The translations under genes were made by a program, and so were the position numbers. A model generated the notes under the pieces. The model was not told where the DNA came from and ran no database searches. It saw nothing but the letters and a program-made list of their open reading frames with translations. From contig ADNK01001587.1 in the NCBI GenBank assembly GCA_000320545.1, positions 1-64,000 on the forward strand: a DNA stretch of 64,000 bases. Reading direction: 5' to 3'. Shown here piece after piece: positions 40,495-54,509 of the stretch; the first letter of the stretch is position 1, and the number at the start of each line of letters is the position of its first letter. This DNA comes from Bigelowiella natans CCMP2755. Taxonomy: Eukaryota; Protista; Cercozoa.

Positions 40495-43400
40495 TGTGTA
40501 AGTTTACGTATATACTCCATTAAAACAAAATATATGTAATTTTTCCAGTTAACTTTGAGATACACTATGATAAGGTTATGGCTGATATTGAGCTCATGAC
40601 TTACTTGTGGATAATCAGAGGCACTAAAGTAATCGTTTGTCGGTCGTAGATGTCGAGGCTATAATAACCACAACCACATTTTAGTACTTAAGTTAATATC
40701 TTATGAATTAGAAGATTTAAGTGATATCCTTCAATTCAACTATAGCCGACTTATGATTACCACATGTGTCAATTCTTCCAAGAAATGCCTACATATGCAT
40801 GAGTTGTCATTTGAGTAAGCAGAAACCAACTTTAAACAAAACCTCATTTTGTCTTCGTTGCGAGAGAAAAAGTCATCCATGACTACCATGTAGGGTTCCT
40901 AGATTTTAAGGATCAGTCATCAGATATGTTGATATAAGTCATAAAAAATCAAACCTTGGATTTTGTGTGAGAATACATATAATGCTGCTGTCCGATTGAA
41001 TCATGCTTGTGTCTCGTCATTCGATTGCCATGTTCAATACCGACATTCAAAGCAGTTCCATAATATCCTTTTGTACTAGATCCTATTGAAAATCCCTTGA
41101 CTTTTTTTTTTGGGTTCACTCTCTTCCTATGACTCATTCCATTCATTAGGTTTGATTCCACATGTTTGCCTTCGTATGCCACAGTTTTGACTCTGCTTCT
41201 GTTATGGTGTTGGGCTTTTCCTACCTAAATGGAAACATGAAAATACTGTCAGATTTGATATGTATGTATGTAGAATATAACCTGAGTATTGACGAGTCTT
41301 TGAATAGTTTTAGTAATTAGGAGCAATGTGCGTCGAGCCCTGGTAGATAAGAGTGGATCAGATTCATTATTACCAATGCTACACTCTAGTGAACCTGGGT
41401 GGGGGTTCCGTATCAATTACACCGTATCGTTTTGGAGTTACAATAGCAGGGCACAAAAAACTAGTATTCAAACGCAGTTACACTGTTTATGAACTAATTG
41501 ATATAAATCGAAAGTAGTTTTTTAATTTCTTGAATTTTTTGATTTTATGCTTTGCATAGATATCTCTATGATATTACCTTAGGAAGAACAGCGAGGCAAG
41601 ACATGAGGAGATTACGTGATAAGGTTGCTCTGCATTTCAATTATTAATATCTTAATTTTGAATTCGACTAAAATATAGCCATAGCTACCTTCCAGAACTT
41701 CTTCGATACATATTCCTAGCCATCGAATTGTGCTAGGTATTCTACGATTACAGTCGAATTAGTAGTATTGCATAAAAGTTACACAATTTCTTTGATGGGA
41801 TCTGGAAGGATATTGATGAATATAATAACTTACATTTCCAACGATTTGTATATTGTCTCCATAAATGTATCGCAGAATGACTACGTATAATTAGCTTTAA
41901 AATTTAGAATACAGGTGACATATCTTCATTCTCAAATATACCTGAAGATTCTTGACATTCTTTGCTAAATTTTCCCCCTTACGCACCATATAATCAACAA
42001 ATTATATTTCGTTTCAATCTCAAATAGTAACCTTTTTCAATCTACTAGGGGCAATCTCTACAGGCTTTTTACTGGAATAAACCTGTTCACGCATATAGCG
42101 ACTTAAATAATCGAAGTTCCACTTATCAACTATCCTATGTTATTATGTTACTCTACGCTATCTATTTAAAAATATCCCCATAGAATTGACCTTCTGAATC
42201 AAAGGTGTGAGGATTTTCAGATAGTCTCTTCCTGCTAATCTCGCGATGTGTGAGAACATCTGATTGTGTCATTAAAGGATAAAAGACTAGATTTCCTTTA
42301 CTTTTTCAAGTTCAGATATGACCTTAGGGGCAAATCCATTAGATCGAAAAAGTGCCATTGCGTTGGGATTCTATAAATAAACAACAAAGTAAAAGTATGG
42401 TTGATGGTTTTGTAATCTTAATTCTTATTTATACCATTTGCAGCTCTTTCCACGAAATAAATCTCACGAACTTTATTGTCATTCGAAAAGGACGAAATGC
42501 CTGTTGTTAATAATTACATATAAAAAATGCTTTGCCAATTAACAAAATTGACAGAAATATTGTACCTGGAGGATGCTAAGTGTTGCTAAATTTATAAAAA
42601 ATTGTCAGAATCCACTAACTGTAATAAAAATAATACTTATTTTCATACCGTCTGTCATTCCTTCAGCAGAAGTCGAATATCCTTCCTAAAAAGATGGTAG
42701 GCAGGTAGTTCATTCGATGCAGAGCTATTTCCGTTGCAAGTGACCTGTATCTTCAGTATTTCATCTGCAATGAAATCCCAATATTTATTGTCTGCAAGAA
42801 AATCTACTAGTCCTTTATAATAATTATTACTGCCAATTTTTGTTGTCTGAATTGTTGGGTCCGATTGGGTTTGCCGCGGAGAATCATCATCGACTGTGTT
42901 TTTTTCAGGGAATTCAGGGACTTCCCGCAAGAAATTTAGCGTCGTTCCCGTAATGGAAAGCTTTAACATTCCACAATCTCCTTTGGAAGTTTTATTGTGT
43001 CGCTATTGAGAAACATTTATATTAGATATCCTTGTATTGGATATTTCGAAGTATTACTCGGAGGTCAAACCATCCTTGGACAGATGTAGCAGGATACTCT
43101 AACAAAGGCAATGAAACCTAAAAATAGTGGGCTGTATAGAATAATATTGTGCTTGGATATTATTGTGTAATTGTGTACCTTTCCGATAAGTTTGTCTGTT
43201 TCATTAGCAGGAGAATGAAGCCAAACACCAATAGTTGCTTTAAATTTTTCTTTTTCAAATGTACCATTTGTTCTGCTTGAACAGTATGTCTGATGATTAC
43301 TCCAACTACGAAAATGTCTCTCTTCATTGTATAAATTTGGGAGGGAAACAGTAAATGTCTCATCCCAGTGCGGATCAAGAAGATTTTGGGATAGACTCGA

Positions 43401-43754
43401 AACCTTGTGAAGCCATCGACACTGATTATGTGTGAATAGATTACATGTTGACTGCTACGCACAATTCTCCATCATTAATCATTATCAAACCTTAAACCGG
43501 ACATAAAGTTTATCTCCAGGTTGATATACGGTCTTTTTGCTCCTTTTATTCTGAACTACGAGATTCTTGGCCTCGATGCACCGAATTATGATCTTAAACG
43601 ATTCTTCTGCACTTTCATTGCTGCTAATGTCCATAGTGTTCCTGGAGGATCCAATGTCAATCTCTCCCTGGCTACTATTAGTTATCCTATTATGGCCCCT
43701 TTCCGCCCCTTTTACATCATGATTGTAATTTGTCCTCCCCCTTGTCGTTGCCAT
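38518..43754 (-). CDS. C2-domain + RasGAP protein with a long Ser/Pro-rich C-terminal tail
   Basis: C2-like start FKIIIRCIEAKNL; arginine-finger segment MALFRSNGFAPK|MFSHIARLAGRDYLKILTPLIQK; signature SLFFLR|FLCPAIVTPKRYG; RARRTLLLITKTIQRLVN. The start codon is uncertain. Confidence 0.85.
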
Positions 43755-44449
43755 GGCTATGGTTATCTGATTTTGCTGATGAGGCAGTCGACATTTCAAA
43801 TTAGTAGAGGAGAACTAACGGCAAAAACATGAGCTATTCTTATTCAAAAACACACTCATAGGTTTGTCGTACTCGATAGACCTCTTAATTTTCTCACTCT
43901 GAAACATTTTATTGAATTTCGTTGATTTTGAAATATTTGTGCTGTCCCTTTTTCTGACCTTCTCGGCTTGTCGGTGGGTATACACGTACTCAGAGTCATA
44001 AAAAAATGGAAAAATGATTACTAACTTCATTTACAGTCACCGTCATCAAATATGTGATGACGCGCTCACATATGGAAGGGTTCCTAGAAACGCCATTTGA
44101 CGTGCAATTTCTGGCCTGATAGGGTACCAGAAATCCCCACAACACAAATAAAAAATTCACAGCTGTTGAGAAACTCAAGCTTTTATTTTTGGGTTGGCGT
44201 TTTTACCCTGCGACACATTGAAAAGCAGTCTATTAGGTAATTGCAGAACTACCTGGAGGCATCAACGAGTTTGACTCCACTTCATACGTCAAATATATAA
44301 TGATGACGTAAATATAATATCACCTATATTTTGAGATATTATACTTTGCGTTCTCTTCCGAAGCACCCTTAATAATGCCATGGCCTACGTTTTAATTTGA
44401 CTCCCTTTCTAGTGTCAATTTTGTGAATGGACGAGGACTGCTTTGGGAA

Positions 44450-47400
44450 ATGAAACCATCGATCGTGCCTTCAATAGAAGATGAGAAGGAGGCCTCAACC
44501 CCTGTCTCAGATTATAATAATAAGGGTCTCAACGATATTAGTAAAACTTCACCAAAAATAATAATCAGTTCACGCCCCAAACCAACTCCAGTAACAAAAG
44601 GTGGTACAGCTTCGGAGAATTTTAGCAATAAAAAGGCAAAACTATCGGGGAGTAACCCGAATCACATAAATATTATCGAGGAGAAGGAAGAAGGCGAAGA
44701 TTATTTGAACCACACAAGTAAACCGAACAAGAATAAAGTTTTGGAGAGTGATCTAGATCGCAGAGCTAAAATTGAGGAAAAGGAAGGAGCCGAACATGTT
44801 TCAGAACATATGATTCAGTCGGAAAAGGAAACACACAATGCTTCAATCAAAGTAGAAGTTATTCGAAAACATTCAGGATCATCAGGGACAAAACGAGATT
44901 TCAATACTGATAATAGCAATGTTAAAAAAAATGAAACAAAGGGAGTCAATAAGACACAGTCAAACCTTTTACCGTTGAAAAAGGCTACAATTGAAGATTC
45001 CTCTTAACAGAAAAAGTTCCTCTTTTTCATCTATTCTAAGCAGCATAGCGAACCACGTACGGACGGGATCATTCGAGTGTGTCCTAAGTTGCAATGTTGT
45101 ATAAATCAATGCTACATTAAATTATATTTTCCCATTTTTATTCCAAAGGACATTGGAGCAAATTGATGGATCCCATCAGGAATTTGAGGTGCATAAATCT
45201 TTAAATAAGAAATATAATTTAACATGATCTTTATGCAGTTGACGTGGTGTATGCTACATGGACTGACTCATATGCTAGAGGTAGTTTTCAGAACTTTCAA
45301 TAAGGAAAACTTTAAAATAATGAGAATTAGGATGTACTATCGAAGAAGAAAGAGAAGTTGCTTGAGGCGAAGCATTTCAAGAAGACAGTGGTTGCTCCGT
45401 TTCAGCTGACTGTTATTCAATTTAGAATTATATGATTGCTTCTACAGACACAAAAGTTCGTAACAAGAGGAATGGAAAAGGTATTTGGAGAGCTCCCTGC
45501 CAAAATTGGATCATTTACGTTCAAGGTTGTAGATGCACAATTTCTTTGTACAAGTTGTGACATATATATGGGTTTAGGACTATGCACCTAGAGTCTTTCA
45601 GGAAATTCGAAGAGATGCCAGCATTGATGCGAAAGAATATATAAAAAGGTTTTTAAAATATATTTATTAAGAATTATGTCATTTGACACTACTGTTCTCT
45701 GAAGTTCTGAAGTTCTCATGTGTACTACCTACGTAACATCATTAGTGTCTGCCACAACAACTACATAGAATTCATTTCGAATTCAAAGTCAGGAGCTTTC
45801 TTCTTCTTTAGTATGTCAAATATTTAATTGCTAGTCGGAATTATTGCTTAAACTACACATTGGTATTTGTTTTGTTTGTGGGCGATTTCTGGCCTAAGGC
45901 AACGATGGAAGGTATATGATCAAAACTATAGAGCAAGCTGAATCCAAATGTTTGCTGAAGATGCTGCAAGGGTAAAACTATTCCAAGTACAGATGAAAGG
46001 TAGACTTTTTGAATCCTTTCCCCCTTAGCTATTATCTTCACCTGAAATCCAATCCTGGATCAATGATCTCGCGTTTCTTTGGCCTCCATAGAGTCAAGTT
46101 TAGAAGGTAAGCTATCTCAGAAAATATATTTAAAGCAGTACTGCATTGAGACTCCACTATTTTGCTTAACAGACCTGTACATGGCCGGAGAAAATATCAC
46201 TTCGTCATTATGCAGTCAGTATTTCATACTTCGAGGTATTCTTACATAATAACATGCTTCTTCTTATCATTTCACACAATAATGATTCGAATTAGATATA
46301 TACATGCAATCTTCGATCTCAAGGTTAATCTAGTTCTTAAATTTGATGCCAAAATTAATGTCCATTTTACATATTTCATATTAGGGTTCTGAAGTTGGAA
46401 GGTCTAAAAATTTACACGGGTCAACAAATTTCGCCTCACTAATACTTTAATGTGAAAATTAGATATGCAACAGAGAATGATAAAAAGAGACCACCAACCA
46501 ATAAAATGACATCGACTGTCTTAAAAGTAAGAGATTTCATTTGAAGTTGGAATTGAAAGTGTATGTTTAAGTTTGAATTTTAGGACAATGACTGGGTAAA
46601 TAATGGGCTAAAGTTAATTTTGGTGAGGAATGAATAAACGAATAGAAAACACGAATACTAAGCAAGATCCTTCATTATCAAATATGTTTTCAATAAAACA
46701 CCACAGGGACCTGACAAAGTTCCTATCTTTATAAACCAATTGAAGAAGGATTCTGATTTTCTAAGTCAACAGGTTAAAATGTTTTACAAGCTTCAATAAT
46801 AAAAATCCAAATTAATGATTCCTCAACCGTCAGGCAATTATTGACTATTCTCTACTTGTTGGTACCTTATTTTACATCAACATTCGACATAGCTTCAAAG
46901 TTATTTGTTACAGGCATTCATTATCCAGATCTCCCGGATCCGTGAGTTACTCTTTTCAAAATTATAATCTACCATATATTGAAGAATATCATCAAACGTT
47001 TTTAAAAGGCGCGATGCAAAGGCAAATGGTGGTAGTGTTTCTGGCAACAATTTCGTTCTTGGCGAGGTAAGAGATAATCTAAACATAAGACATAATTTTA
47101 TTTAAGAATGTTTTTTTTCTCAGGCAATTGACACAGATATAGAAAAAGGTAAACTGGATCATAAGCCACAATTTTATTTAAATTATTTAAATACTTTTGC
47201 TAGGGAGCATTCTACGGAGAGGGGGAGTAGGAAATAGAAGACTCTCTGCAGAGGATAGAATTCTACCATCGAACCGATCTCCAATACCTTCTCATACTCG
47301 TCATAGACGATTTAACACTTGGTCAAAGTCCCACAGGTGTATGTACATTTAATATTTCAATCATGGAAGCTTACATATTTTTATTTTTGCATCATAGCCA

Positions 47401-48409
47401 ATTGATAGCTGTAGAGAAGCCTACTTCAAGAAGAGAGAAGGTCATTCCAACATTTATCATCACATGAGATCAACTCACTTTTCCTCAATTTTAGGAGGAA
47501 ACCAAGAAAGGGGATACTGTGCCATCGGTACTACAAAATGATATTGTTAAACCCATCCTTCACTTACACCTACCTATGAAGCTTTCAGAATCGAACAGGA
47601 GTTTGCAGGCACACAAATTTTCTACTTCTCCCAAATCTACCCCACCTATAAATGCGGTCTCAAATGAATTGATGGTTTACGATGCAAAAAGGAAGCGGAG
47701 TGGGTATGACTGTATAAATCAATCAATAAACAAAGAATCATCAACTTTCTTTCATTTAACACAAGGTCAATATCTACCGGCCATATTGTCACAAGAAAGC
47801 CTTCCCATTCTTTGGTTGCATTTCTTTCACTAATATTGTACGTAATTTTACTATGACTGTACCACCCACACACGCCATTTATTTAGGCTTCGATGTTGGA
47901 TAAGGTAGAATTAGATCCCGGCATTTCTGCAGCGGATTATTCAAAATCGAAACAAGTACCACAATTTAGAGACTATTATTCTGCTTGGATTTGATGAAGG
48001 CGTCTTCTTTTCAGATTTATTACATAGGAATTATTGATATTTTGATCCAGTTTGGATACGTGAAACGCGGCGAGTAAGTTCAAACTTACATTAAGAGGAT
48101 GCAATTTAATTTGTTCTTCTAGATATCTCTTTAAGGGTTATATCCAAGGACATGGACAAAAAGCTTCTGTTATTCCTCCCACACCGTAAATGACTGTGTT
48201 AAATTGTATTTAATCAAATGTTTCGAGTCTTCATATGAAAAAAATCACACCAATGCACATTGTAGGGCAAAAACTATCAATATTTTAGTTGCTGATGTGC
48301 GTGATCACAATATGATGTTGGTTCAACAAAATTATTTGAATTTGTTATGTGTAGATACGCGAAACGGTTCTTTGAGTTTTGCTCCCAAATTATCCAAATT
48401 GTTCGATAG
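44450..48409 (+). CDS. PIP5K: Phosphatidylinositol-phosphate kinase (PIP5K family), more than 20 short exons
   Basis: FTFK|DYAPRVFQEIR; SKSGAFFFF|SNDGRYMIKT; SRFFGLHR; IFDLK|GSEVGR; TVLK|DND; IIDYSLLV|GIH; IYYIGIIDILIQF; SVIPPTP|YAKRF. Confidence 0.95.
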
Positions 48410-48529
48410 TCGAATTTTAGACTAACTGGTTCAAGATACGAAGGAAAAGGAAAAATACCTCAACATTCAGTAGATTTTTTTCCGTAGAGAACGATAAAAT
48501 AGTGGCATGAAAACTGTCCCCATTCTCGA

Positions 48530-49200
48530 TGAGGCTAGCGTAGTGAATACTTCTGCCGCTATCACATGCACCATCGTGTCATCCTTGACACTGCGTAACA
48601 TGACATGATGTGCATGTAATTTTACTGTGTCCCTTCACGGGCACTACGTTATGTGATGTGCACAAGGTGTTGTGTACATGTTTACAATAAATCATTGCTG
48701 TCTTCATTGTTGTTCGCCTACATGATGACTAGACAAGCCTAGAAGCGCATGTGCGTCTAGACATCATGCTTGCTATAGCTTGCATGCCCCTGATGCCCAT
48801 CAACTAGCTCTGCTATCCCATCATAGCATGCTAGCATGGTCAGCGAGACACACACACACACGAGCGCTAGAGCGTGCATGCGTGCAATGTAGGTTTCAAT
48901 GACAGCAATGGACGAGAACATTGACACAAATCAGCTCTAGAGACACAAAATGTCAAGCTCGCTAGCTCTGGTGCGTAGCTCAGAGCATCTCTTGATGGCG
49001 GCTGGCCTCTTTGTTTCAGTTGATCGGCAAACATCGATGGCTAGCTAGCTAGCTAGATCGCATCACGCCATGCTAGCTAGCTAGCTAGCCTGTGCGTCTA
49101 CGCGTGAACATTCTGTCCTTACTGCTCTAGCTAGACAGTGGTGTGGATCACTCGCTAGAATGTCAGGGACATCTTCCAAGATTGTCGTAAATTTAGGTTC
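48530..49200. repeat. Palindromic-word-rich spacer at the convergent PIP5K / GPCR-like junction
   Basis: Abrupt switch from AT-rich gene sequence to CTAG/CATG/AGCT runs, e.g. gctagctagctagctag at ~49040 and ~49072. Confidence 0.65.
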
Positions 49201-49240
49201 CATCTTTTGCCAGCACCGTCAACACTCACTCATCCATTTG

Positions 49241-51059
49241 TCAATCTAGGGCTGTTTGAGTTCCGAGCATGCTTGAGACAAACTCCATACCATCATTGTT
49301 GCAACTTGATCTGGCGCAATTGTCCCCACCTCCACCACTAACACCACTAATTGGAGGAGTCTTCTCAGGGTTTGTTTCCTTGTGCTCATGCTTAACAGTT
49401 TCAACGCAATTCGTAACGTGAACGTTCGCGTGAGTCCCTGCATCTGCCAAAGGCTTTAATCGCACGACACCATTGGAAGTGTTGCTGGTCTTAGAAGTCC
49501 CACAACGACTGGATCCATGTTGTCCAGGTGACTGCTCGTGAACATTTACACATTCAAGTATGACTTTATTTTGTTTGCTTTCACCTGTTCTTTTCTCACA
49601 ATCTTGTTTGAGCTCTGGAAGAGGTAAACTAAAAGCATCCTTTAAAGGGCTAGTTATCGGAGGCTGTCTCCTTTCGTGGCCCGATGCTGAGCCTTTTGCT
49701 CCTTCTGCTAGGGCTATAGAAGCTCCTCTATCTTCAGCCTTGTTTTCTTTTCTTGGTCGCTTCTGCAACCGTTTATGATCGAGTTTACGGTTTGCCCTGG
49801 TCTCATTGTATCGCTTTAGATATTTTGGGAGAATGAAAAACTTTGGCTTATGTTCCATAGGCAGGAAAAGCCACCAAAATAACCCAAATACTCCTGTGCA
49901 AGGAAATAGTTGATATATGAGGATTGCTGAAATACATGCAGATGTACGACTATAAATTGAACCAAACATAAACGATGTTCATGAGACAAAACATATTAGA
50001 AAGATCACAGAAATGAATGCACGTGTTTGCATGAATAGACCAACCTAGATTTAAAGTAGCATCAACGAAAGAGTACATATCTTAGCAGGCAAAACCCACA
50101 TCTTCATTTTTACCTCTATTCCAAGCAAAGATAAGTATAAAGCCGAGGAGAGATATTGCGAAGTCGGTAGAATTCGCGCTAGTTTCCCCATCGCCTGGAA
50201 TTATAATAGTACTTTTGTAATTAAAGCCACATTACTTCGATTCACGCTGTCGCACGAGAAAAACCATAGTTATAAGTTAGCTTGTGCGCTATTCTAATTA
50301 TCCTGGATTGCCCTCAGCTTCATGACGTCACTATCATCTCTCATTTTAGCCATGGGTATATTATACTTTGCGCTACCATTAAATGTGTGAGAATATCGGC
50401 CGTCTTGAATCCACCCTAAATAGCAAAGTCTCATCGTTACATCGCCATTAGAATCATTTATGAACGAACCGAATTAGAATACTATTTCCCTCACCTACGA
50501 TTAGCATACTCGTGACTGCGAAAAGAGCTATAACAAAACGAATGAGCGATTGCGACTTTTTGCACCGCCTTAGACGAGAATACCTGAAGAAAAGGAAATA
50601 ATTAACGGATAGACGTATTTATTGGCTCGAAAGGCATACATGCGAGGAATATCTTCATCCCGTTAAACAAATCAACGAGGGGGGGGAAGTGAATAAGGGA
50701 TTACTCCGTGTGGAGGAAAATTAAATTTTGATCTGGTCCCAAATTCTGTCCTCCCCAGCTAAATGATATTCTTACCGATTGGATTTGACTTTCCGACAAA
50801 GGTTGAACAACAAACTGCTTGCATTCAGCGCTACTGCTAGGGTCATTGCCACAGTTGTAGACACTGTGATTACAACGTTAGCATAAGCTGCACTTGGCCT
50901 GCCCAAAACAAAAAAGAATATGTGAGAAATTTAGGTAAATACACTTGTTTTGACGGTACATCATCTCCATATTCGCTATATACTCAATAGAGTACAAACC
51001 AGCAAATAAGAGCTTGAATGCCCCCCCCTCCCTGGACAACGGCCGCAATAGTCACTGAC

Positions 51060-51112
<53 letters not shown>

Positions 51113-51424
51113 TATATATTATATTTGTATATATATTCTCAAGAAACTTTCTTTGTATTAATTGCCTCAAAAATATTGATTTTGATTTCATCATATACAA
51201 ATATAATATATATTAATATATAAATAGTATCGCGCATAACGAAGGTGGTTCAACATTATTATGTGTGGTTAATCTGAACATTCGCAGATGTAATAGAATC
51301 AGTGAAAATATGAGCGATATGTTTGTTAGCATTGCCTGATGTCGGGATCAATGTCCAGGTTAAGATCATAATGTAGTACTCATGCAGTGGACGAGGGACC
51401 GTAGCCAGAGGATTCAGCATTTTC

Positions 51425-51472
<48 letters not shown>

Positions 51473-52345
51473 GTATGTATGTGTATGTGTGTGTGTTATT
51501 ATGAATATCATTACGTGAAATGCTCACATGATTAATTATTGCCCAAAATTTGCAAAATAGAAGCTCGAAGTGAAATTTCGAATCCAAATAAATCTGAAAT
51601 AAGCCTTTTATCCTATACAATGAATGGGAGAGTCGGGGGAGTCGATGTTCTTCTTCTTTTTATTATAATTTGTAGTGGTAATATGGTTGACTATACTCTG
51701 GCCCACCTCGACGTTGTATAGGCCTATAACAAACGAAGTTGCAGAAAAACCGGAAAGGCAAAAAGCTGTAGCTGTAGACTGTCAAATTTGTCGGCCAACC
51801 GGATTATGAATTAGCTGCAGACGTGACCTTCAGTAGCAGCAGCTGTAACAGGAGTGATAGAAGAATAAATAACATTATTATTATATTTTACCTGGAATTC
51901 GCACAAACCCACGGGCCGCTCCCCCACCTCAGAGGTTTGATAAATTCCTTCAACGACTCCACACAATGACGTGATGTGGATGCCGCATGAAAATGATGCC
52001 GCTGTTTACAAGGAGAAGAGGCCTATAAGATCAAGCCTAGTGCACATTTTTCGCACATACTACTCATTGACCAGTTATTGTTCTCCAGCGCATCGGAACA
52101 GTCTTTCTCCTATCCGAACGATCATCCTAACAAGATAATCTTAATAAGATACCAGTTTTATCAACTTGCCGATGTTATTTCTCTCTTAAAAGAGGCCTAA
52201 TCAGAGTAACTACTATCTTCAGAACTCTGGAGTAGATACCCACCTTTTCATAAACTATCACGTACACATTGAAGGCGAGAAGAAGAACCCCACAAACTAA
52301 AGATAAGCTGTGCAGTACTGACAGGCCCACGATATCACCATTCAT
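49241..52345 (-). CDS. Multi-pass (probably 7TM) membrane protein, cAMP-receptor/GCR1/Git3-like GPCR candidate, with a long cytosolic tail
   Basis: TM1 VGLSVLHSLSLVCGVLLLAFNVYVIVY; loop motif GLCEFQ before TM3; late helices QYLLGFILIFAWNRGWSI and SAILIYQLFPCTGVFGLFWWLF; then ~200 aa polar tail. Middle exons are only partly resolved and the family is inferred from topology. Confidence 0.55.
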
Positions 52346-52513
52346 TCTGCCCCCTTTGTGTCGTTGGGGGTCGTTGTGTAATCGCTCTCCGCCTCCTCCT
52401 CCTCCTCCCCTAGTACGATGTTCTCGAAGTAACGTTGAACAATAACGCACAGGTAGTCGGGAGAGCGTGAAGAGATTACGAAGTTTCTACTGAGAATACT
52501 GCATATTTTATGA

Positions 52514-52591
52514 GAAATAGGCCCTATTTCACACAAAATGAGAAGAAGAATAATAACACATACCTGACTGGAAATAGGTCCTATTTCACAC
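52514..52591. promoter_or_regulatory. Two copies of the 17-bp palindrome GAAATAGG-N-CCTATTTC (+ACAC) between divergent genes
   Basis: Copies at 52514-52534 and 52571-52591 differ only at the central base. Function is inferred. Confidence 0.35.
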
Positions 52592-52703
52592 GTACGACAA
52601 CTCTGTGGCCTTAAAGCTAGGCTCTTGATTATGTTAGAAGTAGTACCTCTACATAAATCTCAAGATAATATCAAAGAGAATGTGCGTGAGGGGAGGGGGG
52701 AAT

Positions 52704-52742
<39 letters not shown>

Positions 52743-52866
52743 CGTGTGACCTCTTTTTATTTAATTTTGATGGGGAGCTTTGTGATCCGGTTATGTGTTT
52801 TGCGGTGTGAAAAGTGTAATCTGGTGCTCATGCTAACCGCATGATGATTGATGTGTGGTCAGCATC

Positions 52867-54476
52867 ATGCCAAGACGTGGACGCAGAAGTGGGTGTAGAA
52901 GGTAAATGTTCCCAATACAATAAGAATGTGTTTGTGTGTGTGGGTGGGTGGGTGGATGTGGGTGGATATGTGTTTATGCACTCATTTTGGATGTGCACTG
53001 CTACTAGAGGTGGCCGCAAAAGAACTAAGCCGGGACAAGGAACCCTGTTCAAGAAAGCCTTTGGAGGAGGAGGAGGAGGAGGAGGAGGAGGAAGTGGAGG
53101 AGGTTTTAAGACTGATGATGAAAATCAAGACTAAAGATTAATTAATCATGATTCGTGGCAATGACGATAGCGATTATGCTCGCAACAATGATTAGGTAAG
53201 AAAGGTGTAGCAACCTACAAGGCCAATGTTTTCAAACTGAAAAAGAGGTAGCCGCCACAAATTTAGATCCTTAACAGCGGTGATGATGAGGATATCAATG
53301 GTGATGAAATGAAGCATGACACGTATGTTGTCTATGTGAAAACGACGATATTATACGTTGATCGTGATGATGGACATCAAATAACAGGAAGCCCATTGCC
53401 ATCAACAAAAAAAAAATTCGTTGGGCAAAGAATGGCATGAAGAATGTCAATAAGAATGTCAACAAGGGAAAGAACATGATTGACAAGGGAAAGAGGAAGG
53501 CGGACAAAGGAAAGAAGATGATCAACAAGGGCATGAAGAATGTTGTCCCTAACATAACATACACATAATAACGAAATTATCGCTTTGCGGATGGTGATGA
53601 GAATGGTGGTGAAAACAGTGTCATTAGTAGTTGTGATGATGTTTATTGTGTTGAAATATATAGATCGGCAAGGCAATGGACGGGGTTGGCAACTAACTGT
53701 AGTGATTATGATAACAGTATGAAGCGGTCTAATTTTCTATGGTGAATGTGACGATAGAGCAACAACATTAATGATGATGATGATGACCTTATTGATAACG
53801 ATAAAACATCGTTGATGATGATAATGATCATAGTGGTAATATGCGACTGTGGTGAAATGGTGATAATGATGATGATGAAACATAGGCACAGAGGGGATTG
53901 GAGAGCGCTCAAAGGGGAATGGAGACGGTGAATGACGGATTGGCTCAGATGCAAGAAATGAAGGACCAACTCACTAACTTGGGGTTCATCAAGGACAAAA
54001 ATGTAGTAACACCATCATCACCACCATCATCACTGCCATCACCGCAGCTATTCTAAATAATAGCAGAAATTTGTTATCATCAGTGCTGCTCTCGTCATAG
54101 TTGGGACTCCTCACTATTGTACAGCAGTTTACAAACATATAATATATGACTCTTGGTCGCACAAAACAACAAACGTATAGGGGGATGAGGACTATGAGGA
54201 AGGAGGAGAAGAGGTTGAGGAAGGAGGAGAAGAGGTTCTGTATATAATCTTTAAATCAATCCCAGTTTTTACTCTGAAATGGAGTGCGGTTTGTTGTCCA
54301 ACCTCTGGTACTTCCCAAACTCTACCACATTCATTAAAAATACTCTTTTCTTGTAATTGTGCTAATTATGGTTCAAATCTTAATGATACAGGACTATATT
54401 GAGGAGGAGTACAACGAGTATGAAGGCGGTGCAGAAGTCCTTGAAGATGATGGGGTTTGAGACTCTCAACGCAGTG

Positions 54477-54509
<33 letters not shown>

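Noticed and set aside
49978-49984. Apparent in-frame TGA upstream of the 242-aa ORF, suggesting recoding or a pseudogene
   Set aside because: It falls within a plausible GT-AG intron (HANT|RTSAC) that restores the frame.
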